DNA of 64,000 nt from Patescibacteria group bacterium. GTDB lineage: Bacteria; Patescibacteriota; UBA1384; XYA2-FULL-43-10; 1-14-0-10-43-13. This document shows positions 38,223 to 48,473 of this stretch, one piece after another. Position 1 is the first letter of the stretch. Each line of letters opens with the position of its first letter. The position numbers were made by a program, and so were the translations under genes. Below the pieces are notes generated by a model. The model was not told where the DNA came from, made no database searches, and saw nothing but the letters and a program-made list of their open reading frames with translations. The DNA lies in contig JBBTQI010000001.1 in assembly GCA_038078835.1 (NCBI GenBank), positions 722-64,721 on the forward strand, read 5' to 3'.

Positions 38223-39265
38223 ATGATATTAACAATTTCTATCAATCGAGCTACCCTGTTATGATAAGTATGATGTTGTAATACTTTCCGTCGGGCTTTT
38301 TGAATAAAAGTATGGCGTTTCTCGGGATTTTTAAGATAATAGTTAATTTTTTGCAACCAATCATTACCATCTTTAGCCACAATCATTTCATCACTAGTGA
38401 AGTATTGCCTGATACATCTGACATTGTCGGTTATCTCGAATCCGCCGGCGAGGGGGATTTTAAATGTTCTTTCATTGCAATCACCCCCATATTTTTTCTG
38501 GTAATCTTCGTGAATGTTAATTGAAATCAGCGAAGAGTTATAAATCGTAGCCTCATCCTCCAATTGCAATTTTGGTTTTTGGATTGCAGCCAGGGAATGA
38601 ATATTGAAATATTGACCGAAGCGCTGAACCCAACCCTTGCTCCGATCCAGTAAAGTCCAGTCCTGACCATATAGTCTAAGATTATATTTTTTAGCAAGAG
38701 GAAAGACATATTTCTTAAAATATGCCCTCTTTTCAGGAAGGTTGGTGCCAATAAAAGAAATATCAGCCTTAAATTTATTATCAAAATGCCCCTTAATAAT
38801 CATTTTATCAGCCGCCAGCGGGACAGTGTGGTATTTGCAACCTGTTCCCTTTTCAAACCCGGCCATTCTCTCATCAAATTGTTCACAGGGGCTGATGTAG
38901 GCGTCGGCAAAAAGACCATTTTTAATCAGATTTACATACTCGCTATTATTTTCAAGGCCCGAAGTCTCATTGATCCTTAGTTTAGAAAGGGGGGACCGCC
39001 AAAAGGGAGTGTTGGCTAAGACATTGAGGCCTTTCTTTCGATATTTTTTTAAGAGATTGATGTCCAAATAGCGCAGAGACCAGCGGGTAAGACCGGTAAT
39101 CAAAATATCCGGATGGTAGTCCTCCATAATCTCTTTAAAATTGTCATCGGCAGTATAAGGCTTAAATTTGTGTCCTAGGTCCAAAAAAGCATTTTTATAG
39201 CCATTGTAGATAGTCCGGCCGGCATATATCGTCGTCAAACTGGGAATTTGATAAAGAATCTTCAT
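38219..39265 (-). CDS. Glycosyltransferase, CgeB-like (DUF3880 / Glyco_trans_1_2-type)
   Basis: 348 aa soluble protein. The C-terminal half (TFKIPLAGGFEITDN...VAKDGNDWLQKINYYLKNPEKRHTFIQKARRKV) resembles the CgeB-family GT1-like fold. Confidence 0.45.
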   Translation of the reverse strand: MKILYQIPSLTTIYAGRTIYNGYKNAFLDLGHKFKPYTADDNFKEIMEDYHPDILITGLTRWSLRYLDINLLKKYRKKGLNVLANTPFWRSPLSKLRINETSGLENNSEYVNLIKNGLFADAYISPCEQFDERMAGFEKGTGCKYHTVPLAADKMIIKGHFDNKFKADISFIGTNLPEKRAYFKKYVFPLAKKYNLRLYGQDWTLLDRSKGWVQRFGQYFNIHSLAAIQKPKLQLEDEATIYNSSLISINIHEDYQKKYGGDCNERTFKIPLAGGFEITDNVRCIRQYFTSDEMIVAKDGNDWLQKINYYLKNPEKRHTFIQKARRKVLQHHTYHNRVARLIEIVNII

Positions 39266-39311
39266 CCAATCTTTCCTTCCCTTTACAAAAATTTCACTCG
39301 CCGATAAAAAC

Positions 39312-40424
39312 TCAGGGCATTAACAGATCACTGAGCAATCTCGAATGGATGCCCTGATATTTTGCGGCCAACCCATACGATTTTTTTGAGTACTCATTGT
39401 AGTCATTTAATATGGCAACGATTGCTCGTTTATAGTCGTCTTTCTTCATTCGGCAAACCACGCCGGCGCCGGACAGCTTAATCTCATCAACTGTTGAGTG
39501 GGTATCTGTTGTAATCACAGGCAAACCATAACAAAAAAATTCTCGGCACTTCATGCTGTCGCCATAGTAATTAAAATTCCACTTGCCATTATAGAGAGCG
39601 AGGCCGATCCCGCTTCTGGAGATCTCGTCTAGTGCCCGGTGGTGGTTAAGATAACCCAAAAACTGAATGGTGTCATCCAATTTTTTTGCTTTAACGTAAT
39701 CTTGGCAGTAGCGTTCTTTCGGTCCGCTTCCAATAATCTTTAGGGACAATTTGGGATATTTTATTTTTAAGTCGAAAAACGCATTAATAATTCCCTTAAA
39801 ATCCAATTGATCGCCAATTACCCCAAGGGTGATAAGCTGATACTTATCCCTCTTGTTATTAAGATACTTTTTGTAATCATCGGAGGGGACATTTGGTACA
39901 AACAAGTTCCGGTCATCGGACAAAAATTTTCGGCGTTGTAGTATTCGGGAAGAAACATTCCAGACACTATCAGCATAGTTGGCGCAAATTCTATCTATAA
40001 GGCGATAGAAATAATTTAGGATTTTGTTCCCAAATCTCTTGTCAGCATAATCAGCTGAATAAAAAATAATTCTTTTGGTTCTTCCTATCTTTTTTAATAA
40101 GATACCGCAAAGAGCATTTAACGGATCAACCCCGATAAAAACCAGGTCGCTTCGTCTGGCGTGAACGGCAAGATGAAGACAAGTTGAGATCAATTCGGTT
40201 GCATACCTGAAAATTGAAATTTTTGATAAAACCCAAAGTTTTTTTTCACTAAAGACTTTTCCGCCACTGCAAATATAGCAAAATGAAGACATCTTCCCAT
40301 CTATTGAGTGTCTAATAAGAATAAAATCTTCCTTTTTTCTTTCAAGCACTTCTATTAGTGTACTGGTTGGAACTTCATGAATCTTTCCACACACCAAATA
40401 AGCGTGAGTTGCAATTACTATCAT
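39312..40424 (-). CDS. Glycosyltransferase family 1 (GT4)
   Basis: KIIGSGPKERYCQDYVKAKKLDDTIQFLGYL...GLALYNGKWNFNYYGDSMKCREFFCYGLPVITTD. Start taken at the internal Met. The ORF as listed overlaps the upstream epimerase tail. Confidence 0.65.
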   Translation of the reverse strand: MIVIATHAYLVCGKIHEVPTSTLIEVLERKKEDFILIRHSIDGKMSSFCYICSGGKVFSEKKLWVLSKISIFRYATELISTCLHLAVHARRSDLVFIGVDPLNALCGILLKKIGRTKRIIFYSADYADKRFGNKILNYFYRLIDRICANYADSVWNVSSRILQRRKFLSDDRNLFVPNVPSDDYKKYLNNKRDKYQLITLGVIGDQLDFKGIINAFFDLKIKYPKLSLKIIGSGPKERYCQDYVKAKKLDDTIQFLGYLNHHRALDEISRSGIGLALYNGKWNFNYYGDSMKCREFFCYGLPVITTDTHSTVDEIKLSGAGVVCRMKKDDYKRAIVAILNDYNEYSKKSYGLAAKYQGIHSRLLSDLLMP

Positions 40425-41475
40425 AGATTTTGCGCCAACTAATTTGCGGCGTCTCATTATTGCAATATTTTTGCCCAGCTTGGCGGCATCTTTTCCACAA
40501 TTTCAATCGCACCAAACTTTCTGGGTTCTCGGGGACCAACTTTAACCGCCCAATCCACCATTCTATTAACACCTTCATCCAACCCAACTGTCTTATTGAT
40601 GCCAAATACCCCCTTGCCTTTTCGTGACTGGAATACGCGTGTGCGACCTCATTACGGGCAGGCAAAAACTCAATTTGGGGCTCTCTCTGCATTGCCTTCG
40701 CGATTGTTCGAGCCAGATGCAAAATAGTGTAGGGCTTGTCGGCACCAATATTAAAAGTTTCATTCCTGGCACCATTAATATCAACGCTTTTGGCAATGTA
40801 GGGAGCGACATCATCAATGTGAGTGAATGCCCTGGTCTGTCGGCCATCTCCAAACACCGTCATCGGCTTTCCGCTCATAATATTATTTACAAAAATACCT
40901 AGAACGTTTCGATAGGGATCGCCGTGGTTCTGCCGCTCACCATAAACATTATGCGACCTGAAAATAGTGTGATTCAAACCGAACATCTCTGCGACCGTTC
41001 GCAAATCTAATTCGATAGCATATTTAGCAATACCATATGGATCTTCGGGTTTAGGCGCCAATGTTTCCAGCATGGGAAGTTGGTTGCGTCCATACACAGC
41101 AATACTGGAGGTAAAGACGAAATGCTTGACCTTAAACTTAATTGCCCTATTGATAAGATTAATCGAACCAATAAGATTATTCTCGTAGTTAAACCTTCTT
41201 ATGAAGTGGCTGAGACCCTCGGCGGCATAAGCTGCAAGATGATAAATATAAGAAACCTTATGTTGTTGAAATATCTTATCCAAAATATTCTCATCCACAA
41301 CTGACCCTTTAACAAAAATGGACTTAAAATTAACATTTTCTCGAAAACCGCCGCTTAAATCGTCGAGTACTATGACCTTATGCTTCATTTTTATAAGATG
41401 ATCAACAACATGTGAACCAATAAAACCCGCCCCGCCGGTAACAAGTGAGATTTTTGTTTGCATATTCGCTCCCAT
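40375..41475 (-). CDS. NAD-dependent epimerase/dehydratase (GalE-like SDR) with atypical about 50 aa C-terminal extension
   Basis: ISLVTGGAGFIGSHVVDHL...YGIAKYAIE (GxxGxxG, YxxxK). The tail WWIGRLKLVPENPES... is unlike SDR C-termini and may come from a frameshift or gene overlap. Confidence 0.65.
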   Translation of the reverse strand: MGANMQTKISLVTGGAGFIGSHVVDHLIKMKHKVIVLDDLSGGFRENVNFKSIFVKGSVVDENILDKIFQQHKVSYIYHLAAYAAEGLSHFIRRFNYENNLIGSINLINRAIKFKVKHFVFTSSIAVYGRNQLPMLETLAPKPEDPYGIAKYAIELDLRTVAEMFGLNHTIFRSHNVYGERQNHGDPYRNVLGIFVNNIMSGKPMTVFGDGRQTRAFTHIDDVAPYIAKSVDINGARNETFNIGADKPYTILHLARTIAKAMQREPQIEFLPARNEVAHAYSSHEKARGYLASIRQLGWMKVLIEWWIGRLKLVPENPESLVRLKLWKRCRQAGQKYCNNETPQISWRKIYDSNCNSRLFGVWKDS

Positions 41476-42426
41476 CTAAAGACGATTATGTATTGTTATT
41501 TTATTCATGCCCCTAATAACCTGAAGGTGTCTCTTTAGGGAATATGTCCTTTTTTTAAATTTTGACAGAAGGAAAAGGCCAAGAGAGAGCCCTTTAAATC
41601 TGGCGACTAAGTTCCTGGGGTGTCGAACATCTGAAACCAGCAGAACCATTCTTAACAAAAGTAGTAGCGGTAAATATAAGAAAAAAAGTAGATTGGGTAG
41701 ATTCTGCCAATAATTCAAAATCCGGTTCTTCTCACACAAGAAAACCTGAAAGCTGGAGGGGAGCCTAGACCCTCCCTGTAAGTGTTTGACGAAAGTGGCA
41801 TCAGTTGAAACCACAGCCATTCCATAATTATTTACTCTCCAAGAAATGTCAACATCTTCATAATACATAAAATAGTCGTGAAAATAACCGAGTTGTTTAA
41901 AGAGCGATGATCTTATCGCTAGCGCACAACCACTTGCCCAGAAACATTTGTGTAATGAATTTCCTCTAACAAAATCAACTCTTCTCTTTTCGCCCAGTGT
42001 TGTCCCGGTCCAAAACAAAAATCTGCCCCCCTTAATATCAATCTTCATATTGCCATCAACGACGGTTGGCATAATAATTCCAACCTCTTTGTTTTTGTCT
42101 AAGACACCGGTGATCTTCTCAATGAGGTATCTGTCACTTTCGGTGTCATTATTGAGCAATAAGTAATACGAATAACGACCTTTTTTTTTGTCCAGATATC
42201 TGCAGACAAAATTGTAGGCACCAGTAAAACCAAGGTTGTCCCCAGTGTTAATTATCTTAACACAGTCATAATTTTTTATTGTAAATTCCCTTGATCCGTC
42301 TGTAGAATTATTATCTACGAGAAAAATATCAAGGTCTTTTGATGTTTGGCACAGAAGAGAGTTAAAACACTTTTTCAAGTATTTTTTCCCGTTGTAATTT
42401 AAAACCAAGACCGCTATTTTTTTCAT
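41476..42426 (-). CDS. Glycosyltransferase family 2
   Basis: MKKIAVLVLNYNGKKYLKKCFNSLLCQTSKDLDIFLVDNNSTDGS. Confidence 0.8.
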   Translation of the reverse strand: MKKIAVLVLNYNGKKYLKKCFNSLLCQTSKDLDIFLVDNNSTDGSREFTIKNYDCVKIINTGDNLGFTGAYNFVCRYLDKKKGRYSYYLLLNNDTESDRYLIEKITGVLDKNKEVGIIMPTVVDGNMKIDIKGGRFLFWTGTTLGEKRRVDFVRGNSLHKCFWASGCALAIRSSLFKQLGYFHDYFMYYEDVDISWRVNNYGMAVVSTDATFVKHLQGGSRLPSSFQVFLCEKNRILNYWQNLPNLLFFLYLPLLLLLRMVLLVSDVRHPRNLVARFKGLSLGLFLLSKFKKRTYSLKRHLQVIRGMNKITIHNRL

Positions 42427-42513
42427 TACTTTCCTTTTCTTAAAACCACATGGAAGCGCGTGGCAAATCTGCGATCCGGACAAAGGTCAATCAGATAGCC
42501 CAGTATGTTAGCG

Positions 42514-43218
42514 CTAAAAAAAAGGGGGGGGAGCAATTAAGAACAAAAAAATACGCATCCAGGGATTACCATTTTTAATTCGACAGACCAACCATTGATT
42601 TGTCATTGCCGCCAAAGTTGTGCCATATCCCGTGTTTGACACTATTTTTACAACCTTTAGGTGGTTTTTTTCTGCAATATAGTAAAAAAAACCTTGGGCA
42701 TACCTAAAATAATCCAGCCGATGATCGGGATCCCCTCCGTGCATTCGGTAGAGAAAGGGGGAGGAAAAAATAATTTTACCGCCCGGCTTAACCACCCTGG
42801 TCGCTTCTAAAAAATATTTAAGCGGGTTATTTATGTGTTCAAGCACCTCAAAACTCAAATGGGCATCAAATGAGTTATCGTTGTGCGGCAAGCTTGTGGC
42901 GCTGCATATATTATCCAGTTTAATTCTCTGGCTGTAGCCAAAAAAAATTTCCGCGAGTTTCCCCCATTTTTTATTCAGTTGATTAAAATGTTCAAACTCC
43001 CTATCCCAATCCGCACAATCGGTTGCCAGGTATCTCCTGATATTTTTTTGAGTTGCTAAAAAATAGGCTTTTCTGGATCCGTCGCCCGCCCCAACTTCCA
43101 AAATATCACCCCTTAAATTTTGCGTGACCGCCCTATCGCCTTCAATCTTCTTCCTCACCTCCAACCAATGAGGATAAAGGGGGGAGTGCACCAACAGCGA
43201 AAGTAAGTGCAAAATCAT
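42514..43218 (-). CDS. Class I SAM-dependent methyltransferase
   Basis: ILEVGAGDGSRKAYF...FDAHLSFEVLEHINNP...VKPGGKIIF. Confidence 0.75.
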   Translation of the reverse strand: MILHLLSLLVHSPLYPHWLEVRKKIEGDRAVTQNLRGDILEVGAGDGSRKAYFLATQKNIRRYLATDCADWDREFEHFNQLNKKWGKLAEIFFGYSQRIKLDNICSATSLPHNDNSFDAHLSFEVLEHINNPLKYFLEATRVVKPGGKIIFSSPFLYRMHGGDPDHRLDYFRYAQGFFYYIAEKNHLKVVKIVSNTGYGTTLAAMTNQWLVCRIKNGNPWMRIFLFLIAPPPFF

Positions 43219-44030
43219 AGCGATAACTCCTTTTGCTCGGCCTCAAAGCCAAGCATTTGTTTGGCTTTGCTGACATCAAGAAGCAAATCTCTTAAATTAT
43301 TATTCGTTGGGGCACATTTAACAGTAAAACGATACTTCTTTTTTAAAATACCGATCAGATCGTTAATGGAGACCTTGACTGGATTAGATATATTAAAGAT
43401 TCCCGAGCCGTCGTAGTGCAAAGACTTTTCGATGGCCAAACAAGCATCTGAAACATGAAGGAAGTTCCTTGATTGGGTCCCGTCGCCGTTTATTGTGACC
43501 TCCCCTCTCTCTTTGATGTCGCTGATAAAATTATGAATTACCCCCTTGTCGTTCTCCGGACCGTAAACGTTGGGAAAACGCAAAATGACATATTCAATCC
43601 CCGAATTATGATGATGGTAAAGTAAGTACTCCTCGGCATATTTTTTCGAAAGCCCATAGTAAGTATTCGGCCTCAACTGGTCATCCTCTTTCGACTCTCC
43701 GGCCAACGGTTCGCCATAAACGGCGCCAGTTGAGGTAAGGATGATTTTTTTAATGTTGTTTTGCGGCGCGGCCCACAAGAGATTGGCTAGGGTTACGACA
43801 TTTACCCTGACTAAATCCTCAAAGCTCCCAGCAAAGAGGCCGACGAGATGAATAATTTGGTTGATATCTTTATTTTTAACAAAAAACTTAACGGCATCAT
43901 CCTTCTTCAGGAGGTCACCGGCAAAGGGGATAACCTCGATCTTCGGATTAGAATCTAATCTTTGCACAAGATTCCGTCCGATAAAACCATTGCTCCCTGT
44001 GATGCAGACTCTTAGTCTCTCCATAGCCAA
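43215..44030 (-). CDS. NAD(P)-dependent nucleotide-sugar epimerase/reductase (SDR)
   Basis: RVCITGSNGFIGRNLVQRL...YGLSKKYAE. Adjacent to a PseB/CapD-like dehydratase, as in 6-deoxy-hexosamine pathways. Confidence 0.65.
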   Translation of the reverse strand: MAMERLRVCITGSNGFIGRNLVQRLDSNPKIEVIPFAGDLLKKDDAVKFFVKNKDINQIIHLVGLFAGSFEDLVRVNVVTLANLLWAAPQNNIKKIILTSTGAVYGEPLAGESKEDDQLRPNTYYGLSKKYAEEYLLYHHHNSGIEYVILRFPNVYGPENDKGVIHNFISDIKERGEVTINGDGTQSRNFLHVSDACLAIEKSLHYDGSGIFNISNPVKVSINDLIGILKKKYRFTVKCAPTNNNLRDLLLDVSKAKQMLGFEAEQKELSL

Positions 44031-45028
44031 TCCTCTTTTTTTAAGATGGCGGTAAACTCCTCATCGCTCAGCCGTCTGGCATTATTGGAGTTAAACTCTT
44101 CAAACTCAATCGGTTTCAGAGAGCTGTATTTTTTCTCCAGCCCGGGCCTGTTATATTGCGGCAAAATGACATAATACTTATCACTAAAAACCCTGGTTTG
44201 GGGAGATTCGTTTTTTGAGACCAGCACTTCGTGAAACTTTTCGCCCGGTCTCACCCCGATGATTCGCCGTTTGGTCTTTTTGTTGCCAAATATAGAAGTC
44301 ATCACATTGGCAATGTTCTCCACCTTGGTTGCCGGCATTCTCATCACAAAAATCTCGCCGCCGACGGCATTTTGAACGGCTTCAAAAACCAAGCCGATCG
44401 CCTCCTTGGTGCTCATTAAATATCGAGTCATCTCGGGATCGGTAACAGTGATCTCGTTGCCGCTTATAATTTGATTCTTAAACAGGGGCAAAACACTCCC
44501 GTTCGTTCCCATAACGTTTCCGCCCCGAATGCAGACGAACTTAGTGTTGCTAATGTAATTTTGGTTCGCGTTGATCATAAGTTTCTCGCCGCACGCCTTA
44601 GTCACACCATATAAATTAAAGGGGTCAACTGCTTTATCGGTTGAAATATCGATAACTATTTTAATATCATTTTCAATCGCACACTCGATAATATTTTGCG
44701 TTCCGTAAATATTAGTCAGAACGGCTTCCCAGCAATTCTCCTCGCAGACAGGCACATGCTTCAATGCCGCCAAATGAAAAACATAATCAACGCTCTTCAT
44801 TGCCAAACCAAGAATATTTTTATCTCTGACGTCTCCGATAATAAATTTAAGTTTCGGATTGTGGCCAAATTGGCGCTTCATCTCAACCTGTTTGTGCTCT
44901 CCCCGCGAATAAATTATCACTCTCTTGGAATAATATCTATCCAGGAGTTGTCGAACCAGTTCGCATCCCCACGAGCCGGTCCCGCCGGAAACAAAGATTG
45001 TTTTGCCGTTAAAAATTGTTTCGTTCAT
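44012..45028 (-). CDS. UDP-N-acetylglucosamine 4,6-dehydratase (CapD/PseB/FnlA-like)
   Basis: MNETIFNGKTIFVSGGTGSWGCELVRQLL...KRVIIYSRGEHKQ...GDVRD, the Polysacc_synt_2 signature. Confidence 0.75.
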   Translation of the reverse strand: MNETIFNGKTIFVSGGTGSWGCELVRQLLDRYYSKRVIIYSRGEHKQVEMKRQFGHNPKLKFIIGDVRDKNILGLAMKSVDYVFHLAALKHVPVCEENCWEAVLTNIYGTQNIIECAIENDIKIVIDISTDKAVDPFNLYGVTKACGEKLMINANQNYISNTKFVCIRGGNVMGTNGSVLPLFKNQIISGNEITVTDPEMTRYLMSTKEAIGLVFEAVQNAVGGEIFVMRMPATKVENIANVMTSIFGNKKTKRRIIGVRPGEKFHEVLVSKNESPQTRVFSDKYYVILPQYNRPGLEKKYSSLKPIEFEEFNSNNARRLSDEEFTAILKKEDWLWRD

Positions 45029-45699
45029 TTGCTCCTCTCAGGTTGCGTCCTCTGTAAAAGAAAAACGAATTGAAGTGTAAAGAGGGTTGGCCAAATATAT
45101 TTTAGAATATGAAAAAAGAAAAACCTCGACGCTACTTCGTTGTGTCTGGTCGTTTTAATTATCTTCAGATCGACTTCCTTGAAAAGTTCTCGCATTGTTT
45201 TGAGGGTATAAAATTTGACATGCGTCTTGTCCATCACTCCGATCTCCTTATAGTCAAAGAAACCCAAGAGGAGCTTCAATCTGTATAAAATAAAGCCTAT
45301 GTTTGGCAAAGAGACGACAATGAAACCGTTCTTCTTGAGGTGTTTTAAATAATAAAATAAAACTTCTTTCGGAAAGAGCAGGTGTTCCAACACATCGGCA
45401 AATACGATCACATCATATTGATTCTCGCCGATACCAGGATCTTTAATTTGATTTAAGTCAACCCTAAAAACCCTTCGGTATCCTCTTTTCTGAGCTAGTT
45501 GGAGAGCTCTGTCACAGTTGTCAATTCCGTCCACCTCGCACTTTTTTTCTCTTATCAATTTGACACCAAGCGAGCCGCTCCAACAGCCCACGTCCAAGAC
45601 AGAAAAATTGTCCGGGACGAGGCCATAAACAGATGAATTAACGTGCTCGTACTTTGAAAGACGTGTCGTTTGGGTTTTTTTATTCTTCACCATAATCAC
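45025..45699 (-). CDS. Class I SAM-dependent methyltransferase
   Basis: VLDVGCWSGSLGVKL...YDVIVFADVLEHL. Confidence 0.75.
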   Translation of the reverse strand: MIMVKNKKTQTTRLSKYEHVNSSVYGLVPDNFSVLDVGCWSGSLGVKLIREKKCEVDGIDNCDRALQLAQKRGYRRVFRVDLNQIKDPGIGENQYDVIVFADVLEHLLFPKEVLFYYLKHLKKNGFIVVSLPNIGFILYRLKLLLGFFDYKEIGVMDKTHVKFYTLKTMRELFKEVDLKIIKTTRHNEVASRFFFFHILKYIWPTLFTLQFVFLLQRTQPERSK

Positions 45700-46514
45700 T
45701 CTTTTGAGTTTCTTATCGAATTAAACAACCAGATTTTAATTCTAGGCGGAATCAAAAAGATCGAAACATACTGCAAATAACAGTACACCCTATCCCTTAA
45801 GCTCATTTTATAACCATATTTCTTTGCATATTTTTTTCTAATGCGTATGGTATTAATTTCTATTCTTTTTAACTTGCTATAAGTCGCCGAATCAGGGTGC
45901 ACTCTATATTCAAGAAGCACTTCCGGGATATTGGCAAATTTATACTTGGTGCCAATGCGAAATGCCATATCAAGATCTTCAGCGGGAGGGCAACTTAAAT
46001 CATACTGTCCCAGCTCTTTGAAACACTTCGTTCTGATCATTGCCGTCGGCTGAGCCACCGGTGAATATAAAAATATTTTCGACCTGACAGTTGAATCGTT
46101 AACAGCATATTTTCTCACTCCGATGACCCCTTTCTCATTAAAGAAACGAATATACCCTCCGCACATTCCGACAGACGAATGTTTCTCCAAAAACCTATAT
46201 TGCTTTTTAACGCGATCCGGTAAAGAAATATCATCCGCGTCCTGCCAGGCAATATATTTTCCCTTGGCTAAAGAAATGCCCCTATTTCGGTTGCCGGCGA
46301 TTCCAAGGTTTTCTTTATTTCTAACAAAAACTATTCTATTATCAATCCGGGAATATTTTTTGATAATATTCCAAGTATTATCGGTGGAACGGTCATCAAT
46401 AATAATATATTCAAAATCTTTAAACGACTGACCGAGGATACTTTGAATTGTTTCGTTCAGATAGCGCCCGGCATTGTAAGCAGGCGTTATCACGGATACT
46501 TTTGGTGGTTCCAT
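45696..46514 (-). CDS. Glycosyltransferase family 2
   Basis: VSVITPAYNAGRYLNETIQSILGQSFKDFEYIIIDDRSTDNT. Confidence 0.8.
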   Translation of the reverse strand: MEPPKVSVITPAYNAGRYLNETIQSILGQSFKDFEYIIIDDRSTDNTWNIIKKYSRIDNRIVFVRNKENLGIAGNRNRGISLAKGKYIAWQDADDISLPDRVKKQYRFLEKHSSVGMCGGYIRFFNEKGVIGVRKYAVNDSTVRSKIFLYSPVAQPTAMIRTKCFKELGQYDLSCPPAEDLDMAFRIGTKYKFANIPEVLLEYRVHPDSATYSKLKRIEINTIRIRKKYAKKYGYKMSLRDRVYCYLQYVSIFLIPPRIKIWLFNSIRNSKE

Positions 46515-46528
46515 TGTTTTGGGTTATC

Positions 46529-47258
46529 TTAAGTTGTTCCCCGATATCTTCCTAATTCAAGATCGGCAATACCCTTCGCCTCTGCGGTTACGCGACCCTG
46601 ATAAGCCTCCGTTTGCGCCAACTGTTCATCCAGATTGGCATATAAACGATGTCTTACCGCCAAAATATCTTCAGCTGCAACGAAAATAACTTCGACCGAT
46701 CCGCTTGAAATATATTGGAGAGATTGCTTTAAGTCTTCGTCGCTAGGTAGCGCTAATTCGGACAACATTTTAAACATCTTGTTGACCCGGGGAATATGGT
46801 ATCGATTTGTCACTACCCCAACCTGCCGCCAACCCTTCTCACGACACAATTTACACAGCTCGAAAAGTTCAGTCAAAGTTGAATATGATTTCTCCTCCAA
46901 CACGATACGCTCTCTTGCAATGTGATATATTTCGGTGAGTTCATTTCCCGATAACCGTTGCATGGGTCGGTTCCGATTGCGTTTTGGAATGAATTGACCG
47001 GCTCGTCGTCACAATGTTTACCTCGGGAAAAGCCGCGGCAATTTCCGCCGCGGCAATCACCCTCGCCCTCCCCCCGGTTACACCGAAATCATCCTGGTCG
47101 CTGTATGAAGTTGATCGATATTTTAATTCGCTTTGCTTCACCTCTTTTATACCCCCACTCAAAACGAAAATAACCTCCGGAACAACACCGAAAACATCTT
47201 TGATCTCATTACGCCTCTCGTCCTGTTCGCCCTGCATTGTCGGCAACGATTCCGCCAT
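46529..47258 (-). pseudogene. DUF218 (YdcF/ElyC-like) gene split by a +1 frameshift near 46941-46963
   Basis: The upstream piece (VIFVLSGGIKE...) and downstream piece (STLTELFELCKLCREKGWRQVGVVTNRYHIPRV) together make one about 249 aa DUF218 protein. The two ORFs overlap by 23 nt in different frames. Confidence 0.5.
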
Positions 47259-47320
47259 TTATTCTCCACCTTTCACTTCGCCGGCTAACCTACGGCCGAT
47301 CCTCATATCTATTATTTAAG

Positions 47321-48469
47321 TTAACGCTGGCATTTGATTAGGCGACTAATCATCCTCTTCTCCGCTACGGCCAAGTTATCACACGAATACCGTCTGGTAA
47401 AATTATGGCCGTTATCACCAAAACCTTTGGCTTGCTGGTTGTCAGTCAACAGATTTATCACTGCTTGAGCAAAAGAGTCTATATCATTCTCTTTAACTGC
47501 AGTTATGCGACTGCCAAAAATTGAATGATAAACCGGCAGGTTCCAAGCAACGACCGGCACGCCGCAAGCCATTGCTTCGGCAATAGCGATGCCCCACCCC
47601 TCCTCGTGGCTGGGAAAAACAAAAACCTGGCTAGATTTGAGAAGAGCGTAAGCCTTTTCGTCCGGCAGATAGCCGCAAATTTCAATGTTTTTCCCAAGCC
47701 CTCGCGCCAAAATCCTGTTCTGCAAACTACGCTTAATCTCCTCTCCGCCGCCACCGATGATCTTCAGCTGGACCTTGGGTAAACTCTCCGCAACCTTGGC
47801 CCAAATTTCCACCAGATCATAGATCCCCTTAGTCAGATTAAGCCGGGCCAGAAAGCAAGCCTGAAGAGGCACCTTTTTCACTTTTATCCGATCAAAGTAT
47901 TTGGTGTCAACCCCGTTGGGATTAACCTTAATCTTGCCGGGGTCGAAGCCGGCAGTTATTAATTCCATCTTAACTGAATTATTAACGGTAATGATTAAAT
48001 CGGCGTGTTTTTTAATTAAGCGGAAGGAGTATTGCTGCAATATCTGAGCTAGGAGATTTTTTAACTTGTTGCCGGGACGCCGGCGCCAGTCCGTGTAGAT
48101 ATGGTGGATAACTTGTACCCATCTAGTCTTTCGGTGACACTGGCGATACCTTGTCGCCGGCCAAACGTCGGGGAAAAAATCGGAGGTAGCGTAAATCAAA
48201 TCGTAATTACATTTCAACATCTCATCGCCGGCCCATCGGCTTCTCCGACAATAAGCTCTTAAAACATTGCCCCTATTGAATTGATCGGGAGAAACAACAT
48301 AGTCTACTCCCTTTGTCCCCTTTGCAAGATAACTCTTGGCCAGCCGGGAAACATAACAATCAATTTCAAAATCATTGCTTATTCTTTTTAAAATTTGCTT
48401 TGCGCGCTGATCGCCGCCACTCACCGTCCAGAAGGCATTCATCAAAACAGCGATTCTCTTTTTTGACAT
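47321..48469 (-). CDS. Glycosyltransferase family 1 (GT4)
   Basis: C-terminal GT4 motifs (ACFLARLNLTKGIYDL...FVFPSHEEGWGIAIAEAMACGVPVV). Start at MSKKRIAVLMN (ATG 48467-48469). Confidence 0.75.
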   Translation of the reverse strand: MSKKRIAVLMNAFWTVSGGDQRAKQILKRISNDFEIDCYVSRLAKSYLAKGTKGVDYVVSPDQFNRGNVLRAYCRRSRWAGDEMLKCNYDLIYATSDFFPDVWPATRYRQCHRKTRWVQVIHHIYTDWRRRPGNKLKNLLAQILQQYSFRLIKKHADLIITVNNSVKMELITAGFDPGKIKVNPNGVDTKYFDRIKVKKVPLQACFLARLNLTKGIYDLVEIWAKVAESLPKVQLKIIGGGGEEIKRSLQNRILARGLGKNIEICGYLPDEKAYALLKSSQVFVFPSHEEGWGIAIAEAMACGVPVVAWNLPVYHSIFGSRITAVKENDIDSFAQAVINLLTDNQQAKGFGDNGHNFTRRYSCDNLAVAEKRMISRLIKCQR

Positions 48470-48473
48470 TTTA

